Shown here: positions 48,679 to 62,778 of the stretch, in pieces
Position numbering within the stretch: position 1 is the stretch's first letter
Layout of the letters: each line of letters opens with the position of its first letter
NCBI GenBank assembly: GCA_964522325.1
Contig: CAZFVO010000001.1
Coordinates: 3,394 to 67,393, forward strand
Direction: 5' to 3'
Source: an uncultured archaeon
GTDB taxonomy: Archaea; Halobacteriota; Archaeoglobi; Archaeoglobales; Archaeoglobaceae
DNA length: 64,000 nucleotides
The notes under the pieces: model-generated
Told to the model about the DNA's origin: nothing
Database searches by the model: none
Seen by the model: the letters and a program-made list of their open reading frames with translations, nothing else
Made by a program: the position numbers and the translations under genes

Positions 48679-49263
48679 TTATCTTGCAGACTTAGCTATC
48701 CTCTCAACTTCCTCCTTCTTAGCTACAGCATAGCTCTTCGGATCGTTCTTTGCAGCTAGGATTATCTCTTCAGCCAAGCATTCAGCTATGCTTTTAGGAT
48801 TCTTAAAAGCTCTCTGCCTTGCACCTTCACAGATGTTCCTCAAAGCAACATCAACCCTTCTTAGAGAAGAAGTATCTACGGATTTTGGTACAGCTATACC
48901 TCCATACTTTAGCCTTACAACCTCCTCTCTCGGTCCAGCGTTTATTATGGCATCTACGAGCACTTGAATCGGATTCTTCTTAGTTCTTTCATATATTATG
49001 TCAAATGCCTTTCTAACGATGTCGTAAGCTAGCATCTTTTTTCCAGTATTCCTACCTTTCCTCATCACCTTGTTTATCAGCCTTTCAACGATGAAGACGT
49101 TCTGCTTTGCGAAAGGTGTGTTTGCATGTCTTCCATGTGTATGTGGAACAAACCTTGGCTTCAGACAGATGTAGTTCTTTAGTGCTGGATCATTTACAAC
49201 AACTTCCTCAACATCCCACTTACCGAAGACCTTCAACTCCTCCTTTGTGAATCCGTACTTCAT
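48679..49263 (-). CDS. rps7: 30S ribosomal protein S7 (uS7)
   Basis: Family sequence and the S12-S7-EF2 operon context. Confidence 0.95.
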   Translation of the reverse strand: MKYGFTKEELKVFGKWDVEEVVVNDPALKNYICLKPRFVPHTHGRHANTPFAKQNVFIVERLINKVMRKGRNTGKKMLAYDIVRKAFDIIYERTKKNPIQVLVDAIINAGPREEVVRLKYGGIAVPKSVDTSSLRRVDVALRNICEGARQRAFKNPKSIAECLAEEIILAAKNDPKSYAVAKKEEVERIAKSAR

Positions 49264-49267
49264 GCTA

Positions 49268-49696
49268 TCACCTGATTGGTTTCTCTTTCCTACCCATGAC
49301 TAGCTCCTCAAGTGATACGCCGTTTACCTTTACGACCTTGTATCTCACACCTGGAATGTCACCCATCGATCTTCCCATCCTACCTCCAATACCCTCAATT
49401 ATCACTTCATCGTGCTCGTCTATGAAGTTTATGGCTCCATCTCCTGGACAGAACGCCGTAACTTGCCTACCGTTCTTTATCAACTGTACTCTTACACATT
49501 TTCTTATCGCTGAGTTCGGCTGTCTTGCCTCAATTCCAACCTTTTCCAACACTATTCCTCTGGCCTGCGGTGCACCTTCCAATGGATCAGCCTTCTCTTT
49601 CAAACCCAATATCCTTCTAACGTACCTCTTATCGCTCCACCTGAACTTCTTCCTATTCTCGATTAACTTCCTTGCAGCGAATAACCCGTATCCCAT
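49268..49696 (-). CDS. rps12: 30S ribosomal protein S12 (uS12)
   Basis: ...PNSA.RKC.RVQL.KNG. Operon context. Start taken at [11 protein letters not shown]. Confidence 0.95.
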   Translation of the reverse strand: MGYGLFAARKLIENRKKFRWSDKRYVRRILGLKEKADPLEGAPQARGIVLEKVGIEARQPNSAIRKCVRVQLIKNGRQVTAFCPGDGAINFIDEHDEVIIEGIGGRMGRSMGDIPGVRYKVVKVNGVSLEELVMGRKEKPIR

Positions 49697-49737
49697 GAAC
49701 ATCACCTCCCAATAGCGACTTTTTAAATTTTGTCCCG

Positions 49738-50157
49738 TTATTTAACTATAACGTCGTCTATGTCGTGATGTCTCTTTGCAAGCTCCTTAGCCTTGTTTAT
49801 GTTCTTACCACCCTTTCCAATTACCAAACCTTTGTACTGCGGGTTAACACTTACGATGGCTATCTTCTTGTTTCCTCTCTCAATTATCTTTACATTCACT
49901 TTGATTGGCTTGAATATGTTGGCTATGAATTCCTCTGGCCTTTCAGAATGCTCGATAATCTCAATTTTTTTACCGATAATTTCTCTAGCTCTCTCAACGT
50001 TTATACCACCCTTCCCAATCGCTAAGCCCATGTCACCTTTCTTCACAACGAAGATGACCTTATCATCCTGAACTATGCAGTCCTTAATACTTGCACCAGT
50101 TAAACCTTCAAAAAGGGTCAAATACCTAATACTCTCCTCAGATAGCTTTATTCCCAT
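49738..50157 (-). CDS. nusA: Archaeal NusA-like protein (two KH domains)
   Basis: GLAIGKGG.N and [13 protein letters not shown] GxxG loops. Conserved position between L30e and S12. Confidence 0.9.
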   Translation of the reverse strand: MGIKLSEESIRYLTLFEGLTGASIKDCIVQDDKVIFVVKKGDMGLAIGKGGINVERAREIIGKKIEIIEHSERPEEFIANIFKPIKVNVKIIERGNKKIAIVSVNPQYKGLVIGKGGKNINKAKELAKRHHDIDDVIVK

Positions 50158-50178
50158 AACCTAACCCCTCTAAAAAAT

Positions 50179-54213
<4,035 letters not shown>

Positions 54214-54214
54214 C

Positions 54215-56026
54215 TCATGCCTTATCTCCCAAAATCAAACGAGGAGCGATCAGCATAGATTTAAGCTCATCTAACAGCAATTTGAAGGCGTAACTCATCT
54301 CAACCTTGTAAACGTGGCTATCGTCATCACATATGTGGCAATAAGCAGTATTTCTCCTGTAATCGTAAGTGGCGACGTGTCCACACTTTGCACAGACCCA
54401 AACCTCAACCTTATCAGATTCTTCAAGCAATCTATCCTTAAGGAGTAGCGCGGCACCATGCCCAATCAGAACATCTCTTTCCATCTCTCCCAATCTCAAA
54501 CCTCCCTTTCTTGCCCTACCTTCTGTAGGTTGTCTTGTGAGGATTTGAACTGGCCCTCTACTCCTTGCATGTATCTTGTTCGCAACCATGTGGTACAACT
54601 TCTGATAGTATATCACACCAACGAATATGTCAACCTCGTAACGCTTTCCTGTTATTCCATCGTACATAACTTCCTTACCAGTATGAACGAATCCGTACCT
54701 TTTTAAAACCTCTCTCAAATCTTTCTCCTTTTCACCGTGGAATATAGTTCCATCGATGCGTCTACCTTCTAAGCACCCAACCTTACCACCTATCATTTCA
54801 AGTATATGTCCAACTGTCATTCTCGATGGGATTGCGTGAGGATTGATGATCATATCAGGAACTATACCAGATTCGGTCCAAGGCATGTCCTCCTCAGGCA
54901 CGATCAAACCGACAACTCCCTTCTGACCATGTCTTGAAGCAAATTTATCACCGATTTCTGGTATTCTCAAATCTCTAACCCTAACCTTCGCAAGTTTAGA
55001 ACCGCTTTCGGATTGCATGAGAAATACAGCATCAACAATTCCCTTTTCATTGGAACGCATCGTTATAGAGCTTTCTCTTCTCTTCTGCGGAGATATTCCC
55101 AAAGTCGGTTCCTCCAAGAATCTCGGTGGTGAAGTTCTTCCAATTAGCACGTCATCTGGTCCAACTTCAGTTTCTGGAAATATCAATCCATCTTCATCCA
55201 AATTCTTGTAAGCTTCCGCACCTCTGTAATCGGCAACGTCCGATGGAGGTATCTCAAACTTGTCCTCTTGTCCGCCAGGATATCTCAACTCTTCAGCCTC
55301 GTAAGTTCTGAAGAAGTGCGTTCTTGCTAAACCCCTATCTACACTGGCCTTATTCAAAATTATGGCATCTTCTATGTTGTAACCTTCATAGCTTAAAACA
55401 GCAACGATGAAGTTCTGGCCAGCTGGTCTCTCATCAAACCTAATCTCCCTCTGCGTGTCAGTTATAACTATAGGTATTTGTGGATAGTGCATGAGATGAC
55501 CTCTTGTGTCGGTTCTCCAGTGTAGACTTGAATATGGTAATCCTAAGCTCTGTTTGATCATTGCAGCACCCATTGTGTTACGTGGAGATGCGTTGTATTC
55601 TGGATACGGAATCGATCCTAGGCATATTCCAGCAATCAACGAAGGATCTAATTCCAAGTGTGTGTGTTCAGGTGTCAGATCTTCCTCATTAACGGCTATG
55701 TATGCATTCTCTTCCTCCTCTGCATCTAAGAACTCTATCTTACCCTGTCTTACAAGATCCATGAACGTAATTTCTCCTTTCTTCAACTTCTCAATATCTC
55801 TCTCAGTTACAAGAGGTTTTCCGTCCTTAACGACTATGAGTGGTCTTCTTGCCCTACCAGGATCAGTATTTATTCTAACTTCGTTTGAATCTGGATAATA
55901 TGCTACGTTAACTTGATTCGAAATCTTTCCCTTACGCCTAAGCTCCCTAATCATTTCGGCCAACTTTTGACCATCCTCATGAAATCCTATGAGAGCTCCG
56001 TTAACGTAAACCCTACACTTCCTCAT
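54215..56026 (-). CDS. rpoB1: DNA-directed RNA polymerase subunit B' (C-terminal half of a split RpoB)
   Basis: GDKF.SRHGQKG, GGLR.GEMERD, a C-terminal Zn ribbon C.KCG....C..C. Confidence 0.97.
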   Translation of the reverse strand: MRKCRVYVNGALIGFHEDGQKLAEMIRELRRKGKISNQVNVAYYPDSNEVRINTDPGRARRPLIVVKDGKPLVTERDIEKLKKGEITFMDLVRQGKIEFLDAEEEENAYIAVNEEDLTPEHTHLELDPSLIAGICLGSIPYPEYNASPRNTMGAAMIKQSLGLPYSSLHWRTDTRGHLMHYPQIPIVITDTQREIRFDERPAGQNFIVAVLSYEGYNIEDAIILNKASVDRGLARTHFFRTYEAEELRYPGGQEDKFEIPPSDVADYRGAEAYKNLDEDGLIFPETEVGPDDVLIGRTSPPRFLEEPTLGISPQKRRESSITMRSNEKGIVDAVFLMQSESGSKLAKVRVRDLRIPEIGDKFASRHGQKGVVGLIVPEEDMPWTESGIVPDMIINPHAIPSRMTVGHILEMIGGKVGCLEGRRIDGTIFHGEKEKDLREVLKRYGFVHTGKEVMYDGITGKRYEVDIFVGVIYYQKLYHMVANKIHARSRGPVQILTRQPTEGRARKGGLRLGEMERDVLIGHGAALLLKDRLLEESDKVEVWVCAKCGHVATYDYRRNTAYCHICDDDSHVYKVEMSYAFKLLLDELKSMLIAPRLILGDKA

Positions 56027-57574
56027 TCAACCACCCCTTATAGGCTCAACACCTAAATCGAACAAAATCCTCTTAACCTCCTCCTCATTACAGCCAACAC
56101 TAACTTCAGCATATTGGGCAAAATTCTTAACCAATCCACAGTTTGGTCCTTCCGGCGTTTCATTCGGACACAACCTACCCCACTGTGTAGGATGCAAATC
56201 ACGAGCTTCGAAATGAGGCTGTGATCTTGAGAGAGGAGACACAACCCTTCTCAAATGAGATAGGATTGACATGTAATTATGCCTATCTATAAGCTGTGAA
56301 ACACCAGTCCTTCCACCAACCCAGTTTCCAGTAGCCATTGGATGCATGATCCTATCAGTTAAGACATCTGCTCTGACAGCTGTAGTCATTTTCATGGGTC
56401 GTCCCCTGGCTTTAGCTCTCTCAAGCTGATACTTTACGTCTTTGATCAGCCTAAGCAGAGCAACTCTGAATATCTCCTCAATTAAGTCTCCAGCCAGCTT
56501 AAGCCTCTTGTTTGCGTAGTGATCTTTGTCATCTTCCCTCCTTAAACCCAGATGCAACTCGAATACCATCTCAGCCATTCTCGCTAGGAAGAAGGCTTTA
56601 GCCCTTCTCGCTTCTGGCTCTGTTCCTAAGTGAGGTAGGAAGTGCTGATCCAGAACTTGATTTGCTCTCTGAATCCTATAATCTCTACTCTGACCAGGAG
56701 CAACTCTTCTACCTATGTAATCTATAGCCTCCTCTTGAGTTTCAACTTCAGCAACTTCCAAGTTTTCAAGCATAAACTTCATTATCTCTGGATTAGTGCT
56801 AACCATCTCAACTATCTCTTTGTCACTCTCAACACCCAAAGCCCTCATCAGAACCACGAACTGAATAGGCTTTGGCAACTGTGGAAATGTAACTTCCAAA
56901 ATATTTCCTCTTGTCCTCTCAACAACGACCAAAGCCCTATAACCAGCCTTTTGACTGAAACATTTAGCTACTTCAAATTCTTCACCATACTTCTCTTCCT
57001 TCTCAAGTAAGATCTTGTTTGGTGCAAGGTCTTCAAGTGTCACCAAAGCCCTTTCAGTCCCGTTAATTATGAAGTATCCACCAGGATCAAGAGGGTCTTC
57101 ACCAGCCAAACACAATTTCTTCTCGTAGTTATCTGGCAAGTTATCAATCTTCCTGAAAGATCTCAAAGCTTCGTCGATGTTATCTGGATGTAGGTTGCAA
57201 ATCTTTGATTTCACCATCACTGGAAGCATACCTATCTCAACAACTTCCCACTCTAACTCCTTACCCTCATCAACAACTTGAGCCTCAACGTATATCGGTG
57301 CTGCATACGTTAAATTCCTAAGTCTAGCTTCAGCAGGCAATAACAATCTCTTCGTTCCATCAGCCTCTTTAACTATCGGCTTACCAACCCAAGCTCTTCC
57401 AAACCTTACGTAGGTGTTTGGTATGTCAAGCTCTATTATCTTCTGCTCGTCTATAACCCTCTGCAAACCTTCATCGAGAAACCTGTTGTAAGAGTCGATC
57501 TGGTGCTTTACGAGACGATCATGTGTAAAATATGCTCTTGCCAAGACACGTCTATCCAACATAACCATCACCAA
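56027..57574 (-). CDS. rpoB2: DNA-directed RNA polymerase subunit B'' (N-terminal half of a split RpoB)
   Basis: H.IDSYN.F, FIINGTER, ...R....LSRSQPHFEAR.LH.T.WG..CP.ETPEG.NCGLVKN. Confidence 0.97.
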   Translation of the reverse strand: MVMVMLDRRVLARAYFTHDRLVKHQIDSYNRFLDEGLQRVIDEQKIIELDIPNTYVRFGRAWVGKPIVKEADGTKRLLLPAEARLRNLTYAAPIYVEAQVVDEGKELEWEVVEIGMLPVMVKSKICNLHPDNIDEALRSFRKIDNLPDNYEKKLCLAGEDPLDPGGYFIINGTERALVTLEDLAPNKILLEKEEKYGEEFEVAKCFSQKAGYRALVVVERTRGNILEVTFPQLPKPIQFVVLMRALGVESDKEIVEMVSTNPEIMKFMLENLEVAEVETQEEAIDYIGRRVAPGQSRDYRIQRANQVLDQHFLPHLGTEPEARRAKAFFLARMAEMVFELHLGLRREDDKDHYANKRLKLAGDLIEEIFRVALLRLIKDVKYQLERAKARGRPMKMTTAVRADVLTDRIMHPMATGNWVGGRTGVSQLIDRHNYMSILSHLRRVVSPLSRSQPHFEARDLHPTQWGRLCPNETPEGPNCGLVKNFAQYAEVSVGCNEEEVKRILFDLGVEPIRGG

Positions 57575-57579
57575 AAACG

Positions 57580-57876
57580 TTACTCTTCCTCAACTTCCTC
57601 CCCAACTTCTTCCTCCCTCTCCTCTTCAACCTTAACAACTGTAGGTGGTACAACATACCTGTAGGCTATACTAACTCCAGCTGTAGGACTCTCTCTTATG
57701 ATTCTGACGATGTCTCCGACCTTTGCTCCAATCTCTTTGGCTATCGGGTCATCTACTCTTATCTTCGGCAACTGCTCTGGTTTAATACCAAGTATCTTTA
57801 AGAGCTCCTCCTTTTCCTTCTCACTTAAGAGTTCATGCTTTGGAACGAGGATATGATCTTGAAGTCTTATCTTCAT
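57580..57876 (-). CDS. rpoH: DNA-directed RNA polymerase subunit H with a glutamate-rich C-terminal tail
   Basis: H.LVPKHELLSE.EK.ELL...GIKPEQLPKI...DP.AK..GAK.GD...I.R.SPTAG....YRYVV, followed by VKVEEEREEEVGEEVEEE. Confidence 0.9.
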   Translation of the reverse strand: MKIRLQDHILVPKHELLSEKEKEELLKILGIKPEQLPKIRVDDPIAKEIGAKVGDIVRIIRESPTAGVSIAYRYVVPPTVVKVEEEREEEVGEEVEEE

Positions 57877-57900
57877 AGCTTATCACCAAATTGATGAGAG

Positions 57901-57974
57901 CGGGCTCGACGGGATTTGAACCCGCGACCAACGGGTTAAAAGCCCGTTGCTCTACCTGGCTGAGCTACGAGCCC
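57901..57974 (-). tRNA. tRNA-Lys (anticodon UUU)
   Basis: Acceptor GGGCUCG/CGAGCCC, anticodon loop CUUUUAA, discriminator G. Confidence 0.95.
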
Positions 57975-58008
57975 ACGATTAAATCGTTAAGGGATTGATA
58001 TAAATCTT

Positions 58009-58565
58009 TTACGTTGCCTTGCGAATAAGTTTCAATCTCTCCGTATCGTTTTTCGTCTTAACTGATTCAGCGGATCTGAAGCCAAGTACAAATACAGCAC
58101 CCTCTGGTTTGTTATCCTCAACTTTGACATATCCTCCAAACCTTTCCATGAGCGATTTCACGAAATACAGGCCTAAACCAGCACCCTTAGACTTAAACTT
58201 GACACTCTTAAGCCGTCTGGAAACACAAACACCGTACCATTCCTTAAATCAGTAAACGTTTTCCCTACCTCTTGCCCAATCTTTAAACCCGTTCTAACAA
58301 CAAGCTTAGTCTTAGCTTTAAAGCCCTTGAGCGAAATTACTCCTATATCATTTATCAAACCTCTCTCACTCATCACCCCAGCGGTAGAACATCCAACTAC
58401 AACATCAGCTAACTCCAACGTATGACTGAGAAGTTTACTCTGATCGTAGAAATCACTAGAGAACAATATGAGGAGATCAGATCCGTTTGATTGAGCAATT
58501 ACATCACTGACAGCTTCTCTAGCTGCTGTACTCTCATCTCTCGCACTACTGAAAGATAATTTCAT
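58009..58565 (-). pseudogene. Remnant sensor kinase: a FIST-N-like domain ORF (58173..58565) joined out of frame to the last ~45-80 codons of a histidine-kinase HATPase domain (58009..58248)
   Basis: Own translation of the second frame: ...SKGAGLGLYFVKSLMERFGGYVKVEDNKPEGAVFVLGFRSAE... (G2 box). HisKA and most of HATPase are missing. Confidence 0.6.
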
Positions 58566-58569
58566 TTAA

Positions 58570-58890
58570 TCACCTTTTAGTGTGTTTCTTAACAATCTCC
58601 CTTATCTTTGCTCTTGTAAATGGTTTTTCAAGTAGTTCGACTGCACCAGCATTTAACATATTTACCTTTGGAGACAGCAAAAGCAGCTAAAGCGATAACC
58701 TTTGTATCTGGATCTATCTCCTTTATCTTCTTTGTAGCTGTAATTCCATCCATTATGGGCATAACAATATCCATGATTACAACATCTGGTCTATGTTTTT
58801 TGTAAGCCTCTACAGCCTCAGCACAGTTTGAAGCTTCTATAATTTCATAATCGTCATTGATTAAAGAATTGTAATGATGACTTAATAAAT
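58570..58890 (-). pseudogene. 5'-truncated and frameshifted response-regulator receiver domain
   Basis: Own translation: ...LINDDYEIIEASNCAEAVEAYKKHRPDVVIMDIVMPIMDGITATKKIKEIDPDTKVIALAAFAVSKG, then a frame change, then MLNAGAVELLEKPFTRAKIREIVKKHTKR. No start codon and no N-terminal DD pocket. Paralogous to 38058..38417. Confidence 0.6.
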
Positions 58891-58903
58891 CTTGCTAAAT
58901 AAA

Positions 58904-59908
58904 TCAACGCTCGATTATAAACTCATCAACACCTACACCAAAGTGTCTGGCTTTTTCACCAATCCATACCAAAATCTCATCTCCCTCCTTTAGATTTGCA
59001 ACTGAAACGTGTTTGCCTTCTGGATCTATAAGCTTTATAGTTTCTGCATTCTGAAGTATAACTGTTCCCTCTTCACCGTTAGCAACAGCCCTTATTAGTA
59101 TTAAAGGCCTTTTCTCAATCTTAACTCTACCAATGTAACTTCTCCTAGTTTCACCGTTGTAATTTACAATCTCGACTTCATCTCCCGCTTTAAGCTCTGA
59201 TAAGTACTTCGTTCTGTTACCTATCTTTATATAGGCATTTACGCTCCCAGCGTTAACTCTAAAAGGTCTTGCTGAGACATACTCACTCTCCTCACTCTCA
59301 CTAGCAATTAAAAACATGAATCCCGCCTTGTTACCAACTAACATACCCTCCCCGACATTCATTAAAGTTACGGTGTCTATGCAAACTCTATCTCCAACTC
59401 CTAAAGGTTTTATCTCGACAATCCTTGCCCTCTTAAGTTCAACAAAACCTTTCTCTCCACTTGCAAGCTCATAAAATTTCCTCATCAAACTTCTTTTATC
59501 CTCCTCAATTGCTATCCCATCGGCACCTTTTTCAAGTGTTGTTAAAACAACCTTTGCCTCATCTAAATTGTTTACTATGGCAATAAGCTTTGCTTTCTTT
59601 TTCATTGCTATGAGGTTTTCGAGTGGTATTATCTTCCAATCTGAAAATCTCAGAAAGAGGTAATCAAATTTTTCTGATAACTCTATTGCCTTGTTCTGAT
59701 CTTCAGCAGACTTTATTTCAACAAATGCAAACTCCTTACCGACTCCATCTTCGACACCAAATATCCTTATCCTTCCAAGCTTTTTAGCCAAATCTTCAAA
59801 CCCCTTTCTGACAACCACACCTGTAAAGCCGATCTCAATTGCATCCTTTATTTTCTCCTTCTCTTTCTCCCAGTTATCTCCTAAAGCTAAAAGCCAGATC
59901 TCCTTCAA
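58904..59908 (-). CDS. aroB': 3-dehydroquinate synthase II (archaeal type)
   Basis: W....GDNWE..K......A.E.G...VV resembles the MJ1249-type N-terminus. Coupled to the ADH synthase gene by a 4-nt overlap. Confidence 0.85.
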   Translation of the reverse strand: MKEIWLLALGDNWEKEKEKIKDAIEIGFTGVVVRKGFEDLAKKLGRIRIFGVEDGVGKEFAFVEIKSAEDQNKAIELSEKFDYLFLRFSDWKIIPLENLIAMKKKAKLIAIVNNLDEAKVVLTTLEKGADGIAIEEDKRSLMRKFYELASGEKGFVELKRARIVEIKPLGVGDRVCIDTVTLMNVGEGMLVGNKAGFMFLIASESEESEYVSARPFRVNAGSVNAYIKIGNRTKYLSELKAGDEVEIVNYNGETRRSYIGRVKIEKRPLILIRAVANGEEGTVILQNAETIKLIDPEGKHVSVANLKEGDEILVWIGEKARHFGVGVDEFIIER

Positions 59909-60669
59909 ACTATCACCCCTATCTCTTCTAAGCTTGCATTCTCATGAACTATCCTTCTTAAAGCTTTTACCATGGCTTTGGGATCTTTATGCTGAAAAAC
60001 GTTTCTCCCTATTGCTACACCGCTTGCTCCAGCACTTATAGCATCTGCAACCTCCTTCAAGATTTCAAATTCACTCTTTTTGCTCCCACCTGCTATGACT
60101 ATCGGTATCTCAGCAAATTCTACGACCTCCGCAAAACTTTCGACACTTCCAGTGTAAGCAGTCTTAACAATATCAGCTCCAAGCTCGTACGCAACTCTCA
60201 CACAATGTTTTACTAGCTCTGGATCTCTCTCGTTTAGACCTTCACCCCTTGCATACACCATTGCAAGGAGTGGCATGTTCCAATCGTCACAGATTTCAGA
60301 AACCATACCGAAATCTCTCAACTGCTCTTTCTCTGTCTTACTTCCTATATTTACGTGAATGCTAACTGCATCTGCTCCAAGCTTTATGGCTTTTTCGACA
60401 GAAGTTACCAGAACTTTTTCATTTGGCTCAGTTAGGCATGTTGACGCGCTTAAATGAATTATCAATGCGCTTTCCATCTCTTCCACGTACTTAACATTCT
60501 TTGCAATTCCCTTATGTAGAACTATAGCATCTACTATTCCGTCAACATCTCTAAGCACTCTTTCAAGCTCTTCAAGTCCCGAAATCGGTTTGGAAATTCC
60601 GTGATCCATTGGTACTATCACAGTCCTTCCATCTTTCAAAACCCTTTTCAAGCGCCTTTTTTTGGACAT
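59905..60669 (-). CDS. aroA': 2-amino-3,7-dideoxy-D-threo-hept-6-ulosonate synthase (DhnA-type class I aldolase family)
   Basis: TVIVPMDHG.S.P, GADAVSIHVN.GS, RDPELV.H..R.A.ELGADIVKT.YTG, GA.GVA.GRN.FQH. Confidence 0.85.
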   Translation of the reverse strand: MSKKRRLKRVLKDGRTVIVPMDHGISKPISGLEELERVLRDVDGIVDAIVLHKGIAKNVKYVEEMESALIIHLSASTCLTEPNEKVLVTSVEKAIKLGADAVSIHVNIGSKTEKEQLRDFGMVSEICDDWNMPLLAMVYARGEGLNERDPELVKHCVRVAYELGADIVKTAYTGSVESFAEVVEFAEIPIVIAGGSKKSEFEILKEVADAISAGASGVAIGRNVFQHKDPKAMVKALRRIVHENASLEEIGVIV

Positions 60670-61059
60670 GGCAGCACCCCCACAAGATTTTGAAAGGAGA
60701 GAGGAGATATTACCTACATTAGAAGCTAAATCTAAAGAAGAGAAATCTCCAAGGATATATGTACATGATCTGCATCAGCATCGAATTAAGGGCAACTTCA
60801 ATCTATTTAAACCTTTCGATTTATTTCCATATTATGGGATCATTCTCAATTCATGGGATCAATTCCACAATTCATGCATTAAACATTATATACTCCTTAC
60901 GAAAGTCTTCTGATGAAAGATGAAGTGGGATAAGAAGATAAAGGAGGAGTTGGAATATCTGAAACCCGTAACGGATGAGGAGTTTGAGGAACTGTTGGAT
61001 GACAAACCGAGAAAGAAAAGGAGAAAGAGAGAAAATTATTAAGTCTAAAATTTTTTGAT

Positions 61060-61133
61060 GCCCCCGTGGGGTAGCCTGGATATCCTTGGGGGCTGCGGAC
61101 TCCCAGACCCGGGTTCGAATCCCGGCGGGGGCA
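61060..61133 (+). tRNA. tRNA-Arg (anticodon GCG)
   Basis: Acceptor GCCCCCG/CGGGGGC, anticodon stem GGGGG/CUCCC, loop CUGCGGA. Confidence 0.95.
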
Positions 61134-61228
61134 TTTATTTTTAAATTAAAATTTAATTTAAGTAATATTTGAATTTGAGAAAATTACTATGTTTTGCAAA
61201 CTAAGAATTAAGATCTTGAAAAGTGATA

Positions 61229-61301
61229 TGCGGCCGCCGGGATTTGAACCCGGGCAACGGGCTCGGGAGGCCCGTGTCCTGCCAGGCTAGACTACGACCG
61301 C
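61229..61301 (-). tRNA. tRNA-Gly (anticodon CCC)
   Basis: Acceptor GCGGUCG/CGGCCGC, anticodon loop CUCCCGA. Confidence 0.95.
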
Positions 61302-61322
61302 TTAAAAAAATTAAGGAAAATC

Positions 61323-61658
61323 ATGAATATATCGTTTTCGGTTATCCTTATGAACAGTCTCAATGACATAAATTCTATGGAAATTCCAAATGGAAATGTA
61401 GTTATCGAGTTTTATTCACATCGATGCAAGTCGTGTGAGATTATTAGCAAGTTCTTGGAGGAAATTCTTAAAGAGTTCAAGGATATTAAGTTCATAAAGG
61501 TCAATGTCCTTGAAAATCGTGAAGTTGCTAGATCTTTTGGAGTTATAGCTTTGCCTGTCATAGTAGCTCTTAAGGATGGTGTTGAGGTTGGTAGGTTGAA
61601 AGGGGCAAAAACTAAGAGAGAGATAGAGTCATTTTTGAGAGAGGTGTTTGGTGTATGA
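61323..61658 (+). CDS. trx: Thioredoxin-fold protein (CxxC). The true start may be an internal Met (61350 or 61377).
   Basis: VVIEFYSHRCKSCE...V....P....KDG. Size and layout of small archaeal thioredoxins. Confidence 0.8.
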   Translation: MNISFSVILMNSLNDINSMEIPNGNVVIEFYSHRCKSCEIISKFLEEILKEFKDIKFIKVNVLENREVARSFGVIALPVIVALKDGVEVGRLKGAKTKREIESFLREVFGV

Positions 61659-62587
61659 TATTCACCGATTGGGAGGGTCCTTGGGTTTTAACAGATTTTG
61701 CTTACGAATGCGCAATGGCATTCTTTAACAGTTACGAATTCTTTGAAAGGCTAAGCCAGTACGATGACTATTTAGTTTTGGTTGAGAAAAGAGTAGATTA
61801 CGATGCTGGTGATACTCTAAGGCTTTTAGCTGTCTTTCTTATAGCCAACGATGTTACCAACGATGAACTGAAAGATCTTGCGGAGAAGGTGTTAAAGTAT
61901 GTACCGGATGTGGATGAAGCTATAAATGAGCTTAAAGAAAAACCTGTTGTAATTTCGACGAGTTACGAACAGTTTTTAGAGGTTTCAGCAAAACCCTTTG
62001 ATTTGAGATATCATTGCACAAAGTTTGATCCCGAAAGGTACAGGTTGAATGTTAGCCTTAAGAAGGAGATACTTGAATCTGTTGAGATAATTGCGAATCT
62101 TCCAGAAATAAGAATTCCGCCTGACGAGAATTCCATGAGGTCTATTAGATGGTTGAACAATTTCTTCTGGAATAGACTTGTAAAGACTGAGGCTGGCAAA
62201 ATCCTTGAGGAGGTCAAAGCTGTTGGAGGTAGAAGGAAGCTGGATGTTGTCTTAAGCTACAATCCTGAGAAACCTATTGTTATCGGTGATAGCATATCTG
62301 ACAAGGATATGCTAGCCTATGCTAAGGAGAATGGTATTGCAATATCTTTCAACGGAAACGAATACGCTTTGATGAATTCGAACTTAGCTATAGTGAGTAA
62401 GTCAGCATTAGGGGAGATTGATGTTGTGAATAGATGTTTAAAGGATGGGTTAAATTGGATTGACGTTTGCGAGGTTGTGAGAGGTGGAAAAGTCTGTAGA
62501 CTCGATAAAGTTAATTTTAACGAAATTTTGAAGGAATCAAAGGAGACGAGAGCAAAGTTGAGAGGTTTGGCGGGATATCTGAGCTAG
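61655..62587 (+). CDS. HAD-superfamily-like protein (possibly EhaR-like), function unknown
   Basis: N-terminal FTDWEGP (DxD-like position) and a late VIGDSISDKDML motif. The resemblance to the S.YDD.L....Y.AGDTL.L segment of EhaR-like proteins is recalled from memory only. Confidence 0.45.
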   Translation: MIFTDWEGPWVLTDFAYECAMAFFNSYEFFERLSQYDDYLVLVEKRVDYDAGDTLRLLAVFLIANDVTNDELKDLAEKVLKYVPDVDEAINELKEKPVVISTSYEQFLEVSAKPFDLRYHCTKFDPERYRLNVSLKKEILESVEIIANLPEIRIPPDENSMRSIRWLNNFFWNRLVKTEAGKILEEVKAVGGRRKLDVVLSYNPEKPIVIGDSISDKDMLAYAKENGIAISFNGNEYALMNSNLAIVSKSALGEIDVVNRCLKDGLNWIDVCEVVRGGKVCRLDKVNFNEILKESKETRAKLRGLAGYLS

Positions 62588-62778
62588 ATGTTAAAGATAT
62601 CGTTGAGATATAAAGATATGACGTAAGGAAATTAGAGTTTTAATTGAGCTTTACAAAGCTTTCAGAAATAACGTGGAAAGTTTTTGCCATGGTATTCTAA
62701 CCTACATTATCGGAATACCAAGACTGAAAGAGATAGAAGAATTCGCTAAAAGGAAAAGAAATGAGAAAGATTAAAAAA

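Noticed and set aside
60662-60913. 83-aa plus-strand ORF overlapping the aroA' start and promoter spacer
   Set aside because: It starts inside the divergent gene's first codons, runs through AT-rich promoter-like sequence, and has no motif or ribosome-binding site.
62622-62774. Open frame ...KEIRVLIELYKAFRNNVESFCHGILTYIIGIPRLKEIEEFAKRKRNEKD in the spacer before hisH
   Set aside because: No ATG (only an internal GTG giving 33 aa) and no recognisable family. It may be a gene remnant, but the evidence is too thin.
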